A DNA stretch of 41,007 nucleotides from Thermoanaerobaculia bacterium. Its GTDB lineage: Bacteria > Acidobacteriota > Thermoanaerobaculia > UBA5066. The stretch covers positions 1 to 41,007 of the forward strand of contig DATIWM010000232.1 in assembly GCA_035519355.1 (NCBI GenBank), in the 5' to 3' direction. Within the stretch, counting starts at the first letter, position 1. Each line of letters opens with the position of its first letter. The notes beneath the pieces were generated by a model, which had not been told where the DNA came from, ran no database searches, and was given only the letters and a program-made list of their open reading frames with translations. Made by a program: the position numbers and the translations under genes. Below, one piece after another: positions 16,541 to 25,324 of this stretch.

Positions 16541-17449
16541 ATGCGGCGCTCGTACGCTCCCCCCGGCGACCGACTGAGCCTCGAGGCCGACGATCGCCGC
16601 CTCCACGATCTCGCGAGCCGTCTCTGGGATCCGGCGGACGAGGGGCCTGGCGCCATCGAGTTCCGGATCGAGTCGTTCGACGGAGCGCCACCCGACGAGG
16701 AGGCGGAGCGAGCGGTGACCTGGTCGAGAGTCCCGCAAGGCTTCCGGGTGGCCGCTCCGGGACTCGTCGACCTCCTGGTCGACCTCGGTGCCGCCCACGT
16801 CTCGGGACGCGTCTCGACGGGGCTCGTCTCCAAGGCGCCCGACCTCGCAGCCCGCTCGGTCCTCGAGGCTCCCGCGGCGGTCCTTCTCGGAGAGCGCGGA
16901 TGGCAGATCCTTCACGCCGGTGCGGCCGTCGGGGGGCGCGGCGCGGTGGTTCTCCGGGGTCCGGCCGGAGCCGGCAAGTCGACGCTCGTGGCCGCTCTTC
17001 GGGCCGCCGGGCTCTCCGTCCTCGCCGACGAAGGCCTCTTCGTTTCGCGGGACGACCCCGAGCGGCTCGCCGCATCCGTCCGGGACCTGACGCTGCTTCC
17101 GGAAAGCCTCTCCCTCCTCCGCTCGGACACCCCGACTCGCTTCGCGTTTTCGGGAGGCGAAGTCAAACGGCGGATCGACCTGTCCTCGGAGAGCGGGCCT
17201 CGCTTCCGTGAGGCGCGCCTCGCCGCCGCCGTCCTTCTCGGCAGACGGGACCGGGCCGGGGTCCGGCTCGTCCCCCTGTCGCCGGGAGAATTCGAGGAGG
17301 CCTTCCGGGCGGGCGAGATCTCCCGGGAGCGCGAAACCGGAGACGCCGGGTTCATTGCCCGTGCGTGGGGAGCCCGGGGAGGATATCGTCTCGACGGCGC
17401 CCGGGACCTCGCCGGGGCCGTGTCGATTCTCGAGGCGATCGTACGATAA
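16541..17449 (+). CDS. HPr kinase/phosphorylase C-terminal-domain-like P-loop protein (HprK-related kinase)
   Basis: 302 aa. The P-loop and following strand (VLRGPAGAGKSTLVAALRAAGLSVLADEGLFV, P-loop at 16958-16984) resemble the HprK G-x-S-G-x-GKS...L-x-ADD pattern. It is the first gene of the long plus-strand operon. Confidence 0.65.
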   Translation: MRRSYAPPGDRLSLEADDRRLHDLASRLWDPADEGPGAIEFRIESFDGAPPDEEAERAVTWSRVPQGFRVAAPGLVDLLVDLGAAHVSGRVSTGLVSKAPDLAARSVLEAPAAVLLGERGWQILHAGAAVGGRGAVVLRGPAGAGKSTLVAALRAAGLSVLADEGLFVSRDDPERLAASVRDLTLLPESLSLLRSDTPTRFAFSGGEVKRRIDLSSESGPRFREARLAAAVLLGRRDRAGVRLVPLSPGEFEEAFRAGEISRERETGDAGFIARAWGARGGYRLDGARDLAGAVSILEAIVR

Positions 17450-17450
17450 G

Positions 17451-18935
17451 ATGAGAACGGGTCTCATGCAGGCCGGCCGGCGCGTCCTCCTCGCCCACTC
17501 CTACTTCCTCGCCCACGACGAGAAACAGACGAGGAAGATGAAGCCCTATCCTCCGCTGGCGACGCTCCTCGCGGCGGCGCTCCTCCGAAAGACAGGCCGC
17601 GAGGTCCATCTCTTCGACGCGATGCTCTCGCCGGGAGAGGAGGAGTTCGAGCGGACCCTTCGCGCGGTGCGGCCCGACGTCGTGGCCCTCCTCGAGGACA
17701 ATTTCAACTTCCTGACGAAGATGTGCACGACCCGGATGCGGGAGGCGGCGGTCCGGATGATCGGCATGGCGAAGTCCGCCGGCTGCTTCGTCGCGGTCAA
17801 CGGCTCGGACATGTCGGACCATCCCGAGATCTACCTCGCGGCGGGCGCCGACGCCGTGATCCTGGGCGAGACCGAGCTGACCCTTCCCGAGCTGCTCGAC
17901 GGCCTCGCCTCCGAAGACCATCGTGATCTCCCGGGGATCGCCGGCCTCGCTCTTTCCGGGCCATCCGGGACCCTCTCGCGGACGGCCCGACGCCCGTTCG
18001 TGGAAGGCCTCGACGCCCTGCCGCTCCCGGCGTGGGATCTCGTCGACGCCGCCCGGTACCGGAAGGCCTGGATCGGCGCCCACGGCCGGTTCTCGTGGAA
18101 CGTCGTGACGACCCGCGGCTGCCCCTTCAGATGCAACTGGTGCGCGAAGCCGCTCTACGGGACACGTTACGCGCAGCGGAGCCCCGGCGCCGTCGCGGAC
18201 GAACTGGTCGCCCTGAGGCGCGCCGTCAACCCCGACCACGTCTGGTTCGCCGACGACATCTTCGGCCTGACGCCGAGCTGGATCGAGTCGTTCGCCGGGG
18301 AGATGGCGCTTCGCGGCATTCGGGTTCCGTTCACGATGCAGTCCCGCGTCGACCTGATGACCCCGTCGGCCGTCCAGGCCCTCGCCGCCTCCGGCTGCGA
18401 GGAGGTCTGGCTGGGGGTGGAGTCCGGCTCCCAGAGGATTCTCGACGCCATGGACAAGGGGACCCGCGTGGAGCAGGTCCGCCGCGCCACACGTCTCCTG
18501 CGGCTTCACGGAATCCGGGCGGCCTGGTTCCTCCAGCTCGGCTACCCCGGCGAGGAGTGGAAGGACCTTCTGGCCACGCGCGAACTTCTCCGTTCCGAGC
18601 GCCCCGACGACATCGGCGTCTCGGTCGCGTATCCGCTTCCCGGCACCCTGTTCCACGAGCGGGTGAAGGCGCAGCTCACCGCCCAGACGAACTGGAAGAA
18701 CACCGACGATCTCGCCATGCTGTTCGAAGGAACGTATTCGAGCAACTTCTACCGGCAGGTGAGGGACCTCCTCCACGCCGAGGCGTTCGCCTTCAAGGCG
18801 CCGCGTTCCGACCTCACCTCCGCCGGGATCGACGCCGCGTGGACCGATCTGGGACGCCAGGAGTCGGCGGACCGCGAACGGCGCGGCGGCCGGGGCGAAG
18901 ACGATGGCCTGCGGGTCGCCGCCGGCGGCTCTTGA
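17451..18935 (+). CDS. B12-binding-domain radical SAM protein (class B rSAM, methylase-like) 1
   Basis: Track ORF 17208..18935 trimmed to the ATG at 17451, 1 nt after the upstream stop. The N-terminal cobalamin-binding-type Rossmann region reads RVLLAHSYFL...YPPLATLLAAALLRKTGREVHLFD...VVALL. The rSAM cluster motif CPFRCNWC lies at 18120-18143, followed by GVESGSQRILDAMDKG. Confidence 0.85.
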   Translation: MRTGLMQAGRRVLLAHSYFLAHDEKQTRKMKPYPPLATLLAAALLRKTGREVHLFDAMLSPGEEEFERTLRAVRPDVVALLEDNFNFLTKMCTTRMREAAVRMIGMAKSAGCFVAVNGSDMSDHPEIYLAAGADAVILGETELTLPELLDGLASEDHRDLPGIAGLALSGPSGTLSRTARRPFVEGLDALPLPAWDLVDAARYRKAWIGAHGRFSWNVVTTRGCPFRCNWCAKPLYGTRYAQRSPGAVADELVALRRAVNPDHVWFADDIFGLTPSWIESFAGEMALRGIRVPFTMQSRVDLMTPSAVQALAASGCEEVWLGVESGSQRILDAMDKGTRVEQVRRATRLLRLHGIRAAWFLQLGYPGEEWKDLLATRELLRSERPDDIGVSVAYPLPGTLFHERVKAQLTAQTNWKNTDDLAMLFEGTYSSNFYRQVRDLLHAEAFAFKAPRSDLTSAGIDAAWTDLGRQESADRERRGGRGEDDGLRVAAGGS

Positions 18936-19756
18936 CGGCACCGGGCCTCTCTCCGGCCGTTCGTGCCTTCGACGCGGTGGCCGACGTTTTCGACGAGCGG
19001 TTCGGCGAGTGGGCGAGCGTCGCGTGCCAGCGCCGGGCCGTTCGCGCGGAGCTCCTGGCGGCCTTCCCCGAAGGCTTGCGGCTCCTGGAGCTGGGGGGAG
19101 GGACGGGCGAAGACGCGCTCTTTCTCGCGCGGCACGGCCGGAGAATCCTCGTGACGGACGGGGCTCCGAAGATGATCGAGAGGACGCGGCGAAAGACGGC
19201 CGGGGAAGGGCTCGGAGACCGGATCGAGGCCGAGGTCGTCGCCATCGAGGATCTCGAGGACTTCGCGTCGCGGCGCGCCGCCGAAGGCGCGCCGCCGTTC
19301 GCGGGCGCCTACTCGAATTTCGCGTCCCTCAACTGCGTCACCGATCTTCCGGCCGCCGGTCGGGCCCTCGCAGGCCTCCTCGCCCCCGGCAGCCGGGCCC
19401 TTCTCGTCGTCTTCGGACCGTGGGCTCCCGGCGAAATCGTGACGCTCCTCCTCCGCGGCCAGCCTCGGGCCGCGTTCCGGCGTTTCTCGCGGGGGCCCGT
19501 CTCCGCCCGGCTCGGGGGCCAGGAGTTCGGCGTCTCCTATCCGAGCCCGGCCGAATTCGCCCGCGCCCTCTCACCAGGGTTCCGGCTCCGGCGCGCCGTC
19601 GGCATCGGCGTCTTCGTTCCGCCCAGCTCCGCCGAGCCGGCGATCTCCCGATGGCCGCGGCTTCTCTCGGCCCTCGAGGCGCTCGACCGCGTCGTGGCGC
19701 GTCCGCTCTGGCGTCTCGGCGACCACGTCCTTCTCGATTTCGAGAGGGTGGAATGA
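18932..19756 (+). CDS. Class I SAM-dependent methyltransferase 1
   Basis: This is the 3' part of track ORF 18032..19756. The SAM-binding motif I is LLELGGGTGEDALFLARHGRRILVTDGAPKM. The likely start is TTG at 18932, overlapping the rSAM stop (TTGA). GTG at 18977 is an alternative. Confidence 0.75.
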   Translation: MTAPGLSPAVRAFDAVADVFDERFGEWASVACQRRAVRAELLAAFPEGLRLLELGGGTGEDALFLARHGRRILVTDGAPKMIERTRRKTAGEGLGDRIEAEVVAIEDLEDFASRRAAEGAPPFAGAYSNFASLNCVTDLPAAGRALAGLLAPGSRALLVVFGPWAPGEIVTLLLRGQPRAAFRRFSRGPVSARLGGQEFGVSYPSPAEFARALSPGFRLRRAVGIGVFVPPSSAEPAISRWPRLLSALEALDRVVARPLWRLGDHVLLDFERVE

Positions 19757-20559
19757 CCGGCTCGCCGTCGGCGCAGGAAAGATGGGAACGTGCTTACGCC
19801 GCTCTCCGGGATCGGGAAGGGCGGTCCGATCCGGAGGTCCGCCTCGCCCGGCCGTATCTGACGAAAGGCCCCCTGGCGGCTCAATGGCAGATCCGGGCGC
19901 GGACTTTCGACCGCTTCGTCGCCGCGGTCCTCGCCCCCCTCGAACGCGAGAGAGGACGGCCGCTCGGCATTCTCGATGTCGGTGCGGGCGACGGATGGCT
20001 CGCGGCCCGGATGGCGGGCCGCGGCCACCGCGCGGTCGCTCTCGACGTGAGGCTGGACGCCGTCGACGGCCTCGCGGCGGGCGCTCTCTTCACACGTCCG
20101 AGCGTGCGGCGCTTCGGCCGTGTCGCCGCCTCCTTCGAGGCCCTCCCGGTCCCCGGAGCGTCCTTCGACCTGGCCGTCTTCAACGCGTCGATCCACTACG
20201 CCGCCGACCTTCGGCGCGTCCTCTCCGAGGTGCGCCGCGCCGTCCGGAAAGGAGGGTGGATCGCCGTTCTCGACTCGCCGTTCTACGGAAGCGCGGAGGC
20301 GGGCGAGGCGATGGTGAGACAGAAGGAGCGGCGGACGCGCGAGACGCTTCCGGATCTCGCCGACGGACTTCTCGCGCTGCGGTCGATCGAGTACCTCACC
20401 CGGGAGCGGCTCGCCGCCGCGGCGGAGCCGTCGGACCTCGCGTTCCGCCGGATCCGCGTCCTCTACCCCCTCTCGTACGAGCTTCGGGGCCTTCAGGCCT
20501 TCCTTCACCGCGATCGGCCGCCCTCGCGATTCGACGTCTGGGTCGCGAGCGTCACGTGA
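19753..20559 (+). CDS. Class I SAM-dependent methyltransferase 2
   Basis: This is the 3' part of track ORF 18904..20559. ATG at 19753 overlaps the upstream stop (ATGA). Motif I is ILDVGAGDGWLAARMAGRGHRAVALD, with post-motifs FDLAVFNASIHY and GGWIAVLDSPFY. Confidence 0.8.
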   Translation: MTGSPSAQERWERAYAALRDREGRSDPEVRLARPYLTKGPLAAQWQIRARTFDRFVAAVLAPLERERGRPLGILDVGAGDGWLAARMAGRGHRAVALDVRLDAVDGLAAGALFTRPSVRRFGRVAASFEALPVPGASFDLAVFNASIHYAADLRRVLSEVRRAVRKGGWIAVLDSPFYGSAEAGEAMVRQKERRTRETLPDLADGLLALRSIEYLTRERLAAAAEPSDLAFRRIRVLYPLSYELRGLQAFLHRDRPPSRFDVWVASVT

Positions 20560-20566
20560 GCCACCC

Positions 20567-21931
20567 GTGATCCTCCTCGTCAACCCGCGGGCCACGAGGC
20601 CGAAGAACCGGCGCTTCCCTCTTTCGCTGATGGCGATCGGCGCCGCCCTGCCGGAGGACGTGCCCTGGAAAATCCTCGACGGGAATCTCCCGGACGCCGA
20701 TCCGTTCGCCGAGGCGGCGGGCGAGATCGAACGACGCCTCGGCACGGCGGATCCGGTCACCCTCGTGGCGATGACCGTCATGCCGGGACCCCAGCTGGTC
20801 GCGGCCGTCCCGATCGCGAGGCGACTGAAGGAGCGCTTCCCCGGAATCCCGGTCGTCTGGGGCGGCTACTTTCCGACGCTCTACCCCGGCCCCTGTCTGA
20901 AGGCGCCCTACGTGGACTGGGTCGTCCGCGGGCAGGGAGAACGGACGATCCGGGAGCTCCTCGACGTCCTGGCCGGGATGCGGACGGCGGAGACCGTCGC
21001 CGGCCTCGCCTGGAAGGACGGCGCGACGCCGCGGATCAACATCGAACGGCGATGGGAGGGCCCTGACGCGTTTCCCGACCCGCCGTACGGGAAGATCGAC
21101 GTCGAGACGTACCTCCATCCGACGCTCCTCGGCCGGCGGAATGCGGTCCATCACGCGTCGATCGGGTGCCCGTACACCTGCAACTTCTGCGGTGTCATCG
21201 CGGCTTTCGGGAGCCTCGAGAAGTTCGCCTCGCCGGCCCGGACGGAGGCCGTGCTCTCGTACCTCGTCAGAGCCCACGGTGTCGACGCGGTCCACTTCTA
21301 CGACAACAACTTCTTTCTGCGGGAAGAGTATGCGGAGGAGCTCTGCGGGCGGCTGATCCCCCTCGGCCTCCGCTGGTGGTGCGAGGCGCGGATCGACGTG
21401 ATGCTCCGCTACTCGGACCGGACCTGGGAGACGATCCGCCGCTCCGGCTGCGCGATGATCTTCTTCGGCGCCGAATCGGGCTCGGACGAGACGCTCCGGA
21501 GGATGTCGAAGAACCTGACCACGGCCGAGACGCTCGCGCTCGCGGAGAAGGCGAGGACGTTCGGCATCGTGCCGGAGTTCTCGTTCGTCTTCGGCGACCC
21601 GGACGATCCCGTCGGAGAAGCGGAGAAGACCCTCGCCTTCATCGGAAAACTGAAGGCGGTCAACCCGGCGATGAAGCTGATCACCTACTTCTACACCCCG
21701 ACGCCCCAGCGCCGGGGGACGTACGGAAACATCGATGCCCTCGCCGGAACACCCGAATCCCTCGAGGAGTGGGTGACGCCCGACTGGGTCGGATGGATGA
21801 CGCACGAGAGTCCGCCCGTGCCGTGGCTGACGCCGGAGCTGAAGGAGAGGATCGAGGCCTTCGCCGCCGGGTTCGGGCGCGGATCGCCCGCCGACCCCGA
21901 GGCCTACGGCCATCTGAGAGTCTCCCCGTGA
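20567..21931 (+). CDS. B12-binding-domain radical SAM protein (class B rSAM) 2
   Basis: 454 aa with GTG start. The N-terminal B12-type domain reads ILLVNPR...FPLSLMAIGAAL...VAMTVM. The rSAM motif CPYTCNFC lies at 21167-21190, followed by FGAESGSDETLRRMSK. It is clearly a paralog-type partner of 17451..18935 but divergent in sequence. Confidence 0.85.
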   Translation: MILLVNPRATRPKNRRFPLSLMAIGAALPEDVPWKILDGNLPDADPFAEAAGEIERRLGTADPVTLVAMTVMPGPQLVAAVPIARRLKERFPGIPVVWGGYFPTLYPGPCLKAPYVDWVVRGQGERTIRELLDVLAGMRTAETVAGLAWKDGATPRINIERRWEGPDAFPDPPYGKIDVETYLHPTLLGRRNAVHHASIGCPYTCNFCGVIAAFGSLEKFASPARTEAVLSYLVRAHGVDAVHFYDNNFFLREEYAEELCGRLIPLGLRWWCEARIDVMLRYSDRTWETIRRSGCAMIFFGAESGSDETLRRMSKNLTTAETLALAEKARTFGIVPEFSFVFGDPDDPVGEAEKTLAFIGKLKAVNPAMKLITYFYTPTPQRRGTYGNIDALAGTPESLEEWVTPDWVGWMTHESPPVPWLTPELKERIEAFAAGFGRGSPADPEAYGHLRVSP

Positions 21932-22620
21932 GCGGACGCGACGCCGCGGCGCTCCCCGCCGAGACGGCTTACCGTCTCTGGGCCGAAAGCTACGACGAGG
22001 AGAATCCGCTGACGACGCTCGACCATCGCGCGGCCGCGCTTCTGACGCCGCCGCTCGCCGGCCGGACGCTCCTCGACGCCGCGTGCGGGACCGCGCGCCG
22101 TCTGGCGTTCGGCGGGAGTGCCGGCCCACGGCTCGCCGCCGGCGTCGACCTCGTCTTCGAAATGCTGCGCCGGGGACGCACCGACAGAGCCCGCCGCCAG
22201 ACGACCGCCGCCGGCGATCTCCGTGCCCTGCCGCTGCGGTCTTCCCGATTCGACGTCGTCTGGTGCCGCCTCGCCGCCGGGCACCTTCCCCGGATCGCCC
22301 CCCTCTATCGCGAGCTGGCTCGGGTTCTCGCTCCCGGAGGGAGAGCGATCGTCACCGATTTCCACCCGGCCGCGGTCGCCGCCGGCCACCGCCGGCTCTT
22401 TCGCGACACCTCGGGGAAGAGCCATCTCGTGGCGCACGTCGTTCACGAGCCGGAGGCGCACGAGCGTGCGGCCGCCGCCGAGGGCCTTCTCCTCGAGAGC
22501 CGGATCGACCTCCCGATCGGAGAGGAGGTCCGCGTCTTCTTCGAGCGCGCCGGCGCCCTCTACTGGTACGAGCGCGATCGGGGTCTGCCGCTTCTCCTCG
22601 CCCTCCGATTCCGCCGATGA
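21928..22620 (+). CDS. Class I SAM-dependent methyltransferase 3
   Basis: This is the 3' part of track ORF 21166..22620. GTG at 21928 overlaps the upstream stop (GTGA). Motif I is LLDAACGTARRL, with later motifs FDVVWCRLAAGHL and LAPGGRAIVTDFHP. Confidence 0.7.
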   Translation: MSGRDAAALPAETAYRLWAESYDEENPLTTLDHRAAALLTPPLAGRTLLDAACGTARRLAFGGSAGPRLAAGVDLVFEMLRRGRTDRARRQTTAAGDLRALPLRSSRFDVVWCRLAAGHLPRIAPLYRELARVLAPGGRAIVTDFHPAAVAAGHRRLFRDTSGKSHLVAHVVHEPEAHERAAAAEGLLLESRIDLPIGEEVRVFFERAGALYWYERDRGLPLLLALRFRR

Positions 22621-23696
22621 AGCTCCGGCTCGTCACGAAAACGCGCACGATCGACGTGGCGGGGGACCGGATCGTGTCGCGAAGCGGCGAAGCGGACCTC
22701 GTGCTCGACGTCGGCGGGGCGGACCTCCGACCCGGGCTCGTGAATGCGCACGATCATCTCCACCGCAACCACCTCCCGCGCCTCGGCGAGCCGCCCTATG
22801 CGAGCGCCGCCGCCTGGGGAGCGGACCTCCATGCGCGTTTCGCCGACGACCTCGCGCGCCGGCGCCTGCTGCCGCGCCGCGACGCGCTGCTCTTCGGCGC
22901 TCTCAAGAACATCCTCGGCGGCGCGACCTGGGTCGTCCACCACGACCCGTGGGAAGACGAATTCGACCGGGACTTCCCCGTGCGGGTCGTGCGCATTCCG
23001 GCCGTGGACGCCCTCGACGACGCGACGGCCGCTCCGTCCACCGGTCCCTGGGCCCTTCACCTCGCGGAGGGTACCGACCCGAGATCCATCGTCGAGATCG
23101 ACGAGGCGGCGGCGCGCGGCCTCCTCTCGGACCGGCTGGTCGCGGTTCACCTCGTGGGCGCGGCCCCGTGGGGAGTCTCCCGGCTCGCAGCGGCCGGCTG
23201 CGCCGCTGTCTGGTGTCCGACCTCGAACCGATTCCTCTATGGAGCGACGGCTCCGCGGGCGCTCTTCGACTCCGGCGTCGACGTGCTCATCGGGACCGAC
23301 GCGCTCGTGAGCGCCGAGGGGACGCTCTTTGCGGAGCTCAAGGCCGCGCGCACACTCGGCTTTCTGTCGGACTCGCGGCTCGAGGAGGCGGTCGGCGGCA
23401 CGGCGAGGAGGCGGCTTCTTCTTCCGCCGCCGTCGCTCGAGCCGGGCGCGAGAGCGGACGTCATTGCGCTCGGTGCGCCGCTCCTCGAGGCGGCGCCGCG
23501 CGACGTCATGCTGGTGCTCACGGGCGGGCGGCCCGTCCTGGCGGACGAGAGGTATGCGGAAATCTTCGACGCCGCGGCCGTTCCACCGGAGGCTCTCACG
23601 GTCGGCGGTGTTCCGAAGCGCGTGGCCGCGCCGCTGGCTTCCGTCGCGCAGGCGGCCATCCGCCTCGCGCCCGAGTGCGGCCGTATCCTCCGCTGA
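22617..23696 (+). CDS. Amidohydrolase-superfamily protein, MtaD/chlorohydrolase-like (putative nucleoside/aminohydrolase deaminase)
   Basis: This is the 3' part of track ORF 22083..23696. ATG at 22617 overlaps the upstream stop (ATGA). It carries the metal-binding HxH (GLVNAHDHLH, from about 22737), ALHLAEG, VAVHLV, WCPTSNRFLYG and LIGTDALVS, which follow the MtaD/ATZ-TRZ family pattern. Confidence 0.7.
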   Translation: MKLRLVTKTRTIDVAGDRIVSRSGEADLVLDVGGADLRPGLVNAHDHLHRNHLPRLGEPPYASAAAWGADLHARFADDLARRRLLPRRDALLFGALKNILGGATWVVHHDPWEDEFDRDFPVRVVRIPAVDALDDATAAPSTGPWALHLAEGTDPRSIVEIDEAAARGLLSDRLVAVHLVGAAPWGVSRLAAAGCAAVWCPTSNRFLYGATAPRALFDSGVDVLIGTDALVSAEGTLFAELKAARTLGFLSDSRLEEAVGGTARRRLLLPPPSLEPGARADVIALGAPLLEAAPRDVMLVLTGGRPVLADERYAEIFDAAAVPPEALTVGGVPKRVAAPLASVAQAAIRLAPECGRILR

Positions 23697-23700
23697 ACAG

Positions 23701-25293
23701 ATGGACCTCGGCCGGCGGCCCCCTGGCCCCCACCTCGTCGTCGCGACTCTGCTCGCGCTGTTTGTCGGCTTCTCTCTCCGCGACCTCGGCCGGGCGCCGA
23801 AGGTCTACGAGGACGAGCCGGTGATTGCAGCGCCGGGATACATGCTCGTGACGACAGGCGTCTTCGGAAACCCTCTCCAGCGCGGCTTCTTCGGGAGCGA
23901 GCGGCACTGTTACGAGTTCATGCCGGTCTTCCCGATTCTCGACGGGGCGTCGATGCGGCTCTTCGGGACGGGGCTTTTCGCGGTCCGGATCGTCGCCCTG
24001 GGGCTCGCGGCGGGAGTGCTTCTGCTGACACATCGCATCGCGTCGAGGATTCTCTCGGCCGCGCACGGTGCGACGGCGGTCGCCCTTCTCGTTCTCGCGC
24101 CGGTCATGTCTCCCGTGGAGCACCTCCGAACGGGGATCCCGATGGTGGATCTCGCGCGCCTCGCGCGCTACGACGTGGCGGTGTCTCTGTTCGGTCTCGC
24201 GGCGCTCTTCGTCCTGGCGCCCGTCCTCGAAGAAGGGGCTGCGCCGGGCGCGGGACGGCTCTTCGCAGTGGGGATCCTCACCGGCGCGGCCACGCTGAGC
24301 CATCTCTACGGAGTCTTCTGGCTGCCGGCTCTCCTGCTGGCGATCCTCGCCACGCGGGGACAGCGCGTCCTCCGGCGGGCGTGCGTCGTCTCCGGCGCGG
24401 GGTTCCTGCTCGCGCTCCTCCCCTGGATCCTCTTCGTCGCATCGGGATGGTCCGACTTTCTCGCGCAGAACCGCCACTACGGCGAGAGGTTCGACCTTCT
24501 CGACTCACGCTTCTACGCCTCGAACCTCCGCGGAGAGATCGCCCGGTACGGGCTCATCCTGGCCGCGGCGACCCGGCACCTGGCGCCCGTGCTTTTCGCC
24601 GCATCGGGGCTGGCCGGCGTCGTCCTTCTCGTCCGGCGCAGCCGCTCCGGGGATCGCGCGTCGCGGGCGCTCCTCGTGATTCCGGGTCTCATCGGCCTCC
24701 TCTTCGCCCTTCTCCTCCAGTCCAAGAACGTGATGTATCTCGCGACGCTCTGGCCGCTCTTTGCGCTCGTGGCCTCGCTGGGCCTTCACGTGGCCTGGGG
24801 GCACGGACGGCTCGCCCGGTCCTTCCTCGTCGCGGCCGGCCTCCTCGTCGCCGGCGAGGGGATCTTCTCCCTGCGGCGCTTCTCTCTGGAGGCGGCGGTC
24901 ATGACGCCCTACGGCGACTTCACCTCGAGACTCTCGGGTCTGGTGCCGGGCGGCACGCGCGTCATGGGCATGCAGCACTGGTGGCTCGGCCTCGTCCGGA
25001 CCTCGCCGGATTACGTGACCGTGCCTTTTCCGGGCATGCTCCGCCGCTACACGCCGGAGCCCGTCCGCTTCGAGGAGGCCACGGACGCGCTGGCTCCGCG
25101 AGTTCTCCTGCTCGACGAGATCCTGCGCGGATTTCTCCGCGCGAACGTTCGGGTCGACTCCGAGTTCCACGATCTGGCCGTGGCCATGCAGGGCTGGCTG
25201 GCGGTGAGAGGCGTGAGCGTGGGGGCGGTGGAAGATCCGACATACGGCCGCGTCGAGGTCTACGCCATTCGGCCCGGCGTGCTGTCAAAATGA
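23701..25293 (+). CDS. Polytopic membrane glycosyltransferase, GT-C fold (ArnT/PMT, GT39/83-like)
   Basis: Track ORF 23329..25293 trimmed to the ATG at 23701. There are about 10-12 hydrophobic helices. An acidic first-loop motif (VYEDEPVIAAPGY) follows TM1, as in GT-C enzymes. The C-terminal soluble domain is about 150 aa. Confidence 0.7.
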   Translation: MDLGRRPPGPHLVVATLLALFVGFSLRDLGRAPKVYEDEPVIAAPGYMLVTTGVFGNPLQRGFFGSERHCYEFMPVFPILDGASMRLFGTGLFAVRIVALGLAAGVLLLTHRIASRILSAAHGATAVALLVLAPVMSPVEHLRTGIPMVDLARLARYDVAVSLFGLAALFVLAPVLEEGAAPGAGRLFAVGILTGAATLSHLYGVFWLPALLLAILATRGQRVLRRACVVSGAGFLLALLPWILFVASGWSDFLAQNRHYGERFDLLDSRFYASNLRGEIARYGLILAAATRHLAPVLFAASGLAGVVLLVRRSRSGDRASRALLVIPGLIGLLFALLLQSKNVMYLATLWPLFALVASLGLHVAWGHGRLARSFLVAAGLLVAGEGIFSLRRFSLEAAVMTPYGDFTSRLSGLVPGGTRVMGMQHWWLGLVRTSPDYVTVPFPGMLRRYTPEPVRFEEATDALAPRVLLLDEILRGFLRANVRVDSEFHDLAVAMQGWLAVRGVSVGAVEDPTYGRVEVYAIRPGVLSK

Positions 25294-25324
25294 AGAGCGA
25301 AGAGAGGCAAGGGAGGGAGACCCG

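Noticed and set aside
16471-16833. N-terminal 121-codon extension of the giant ORF (METSPVETRP...)
   Set aside because: The extension is Ser/Arg-rich and overlaps the HprK-like gene on the other strand. A signal peptide with a good SD begins at the internal ATG 16470.
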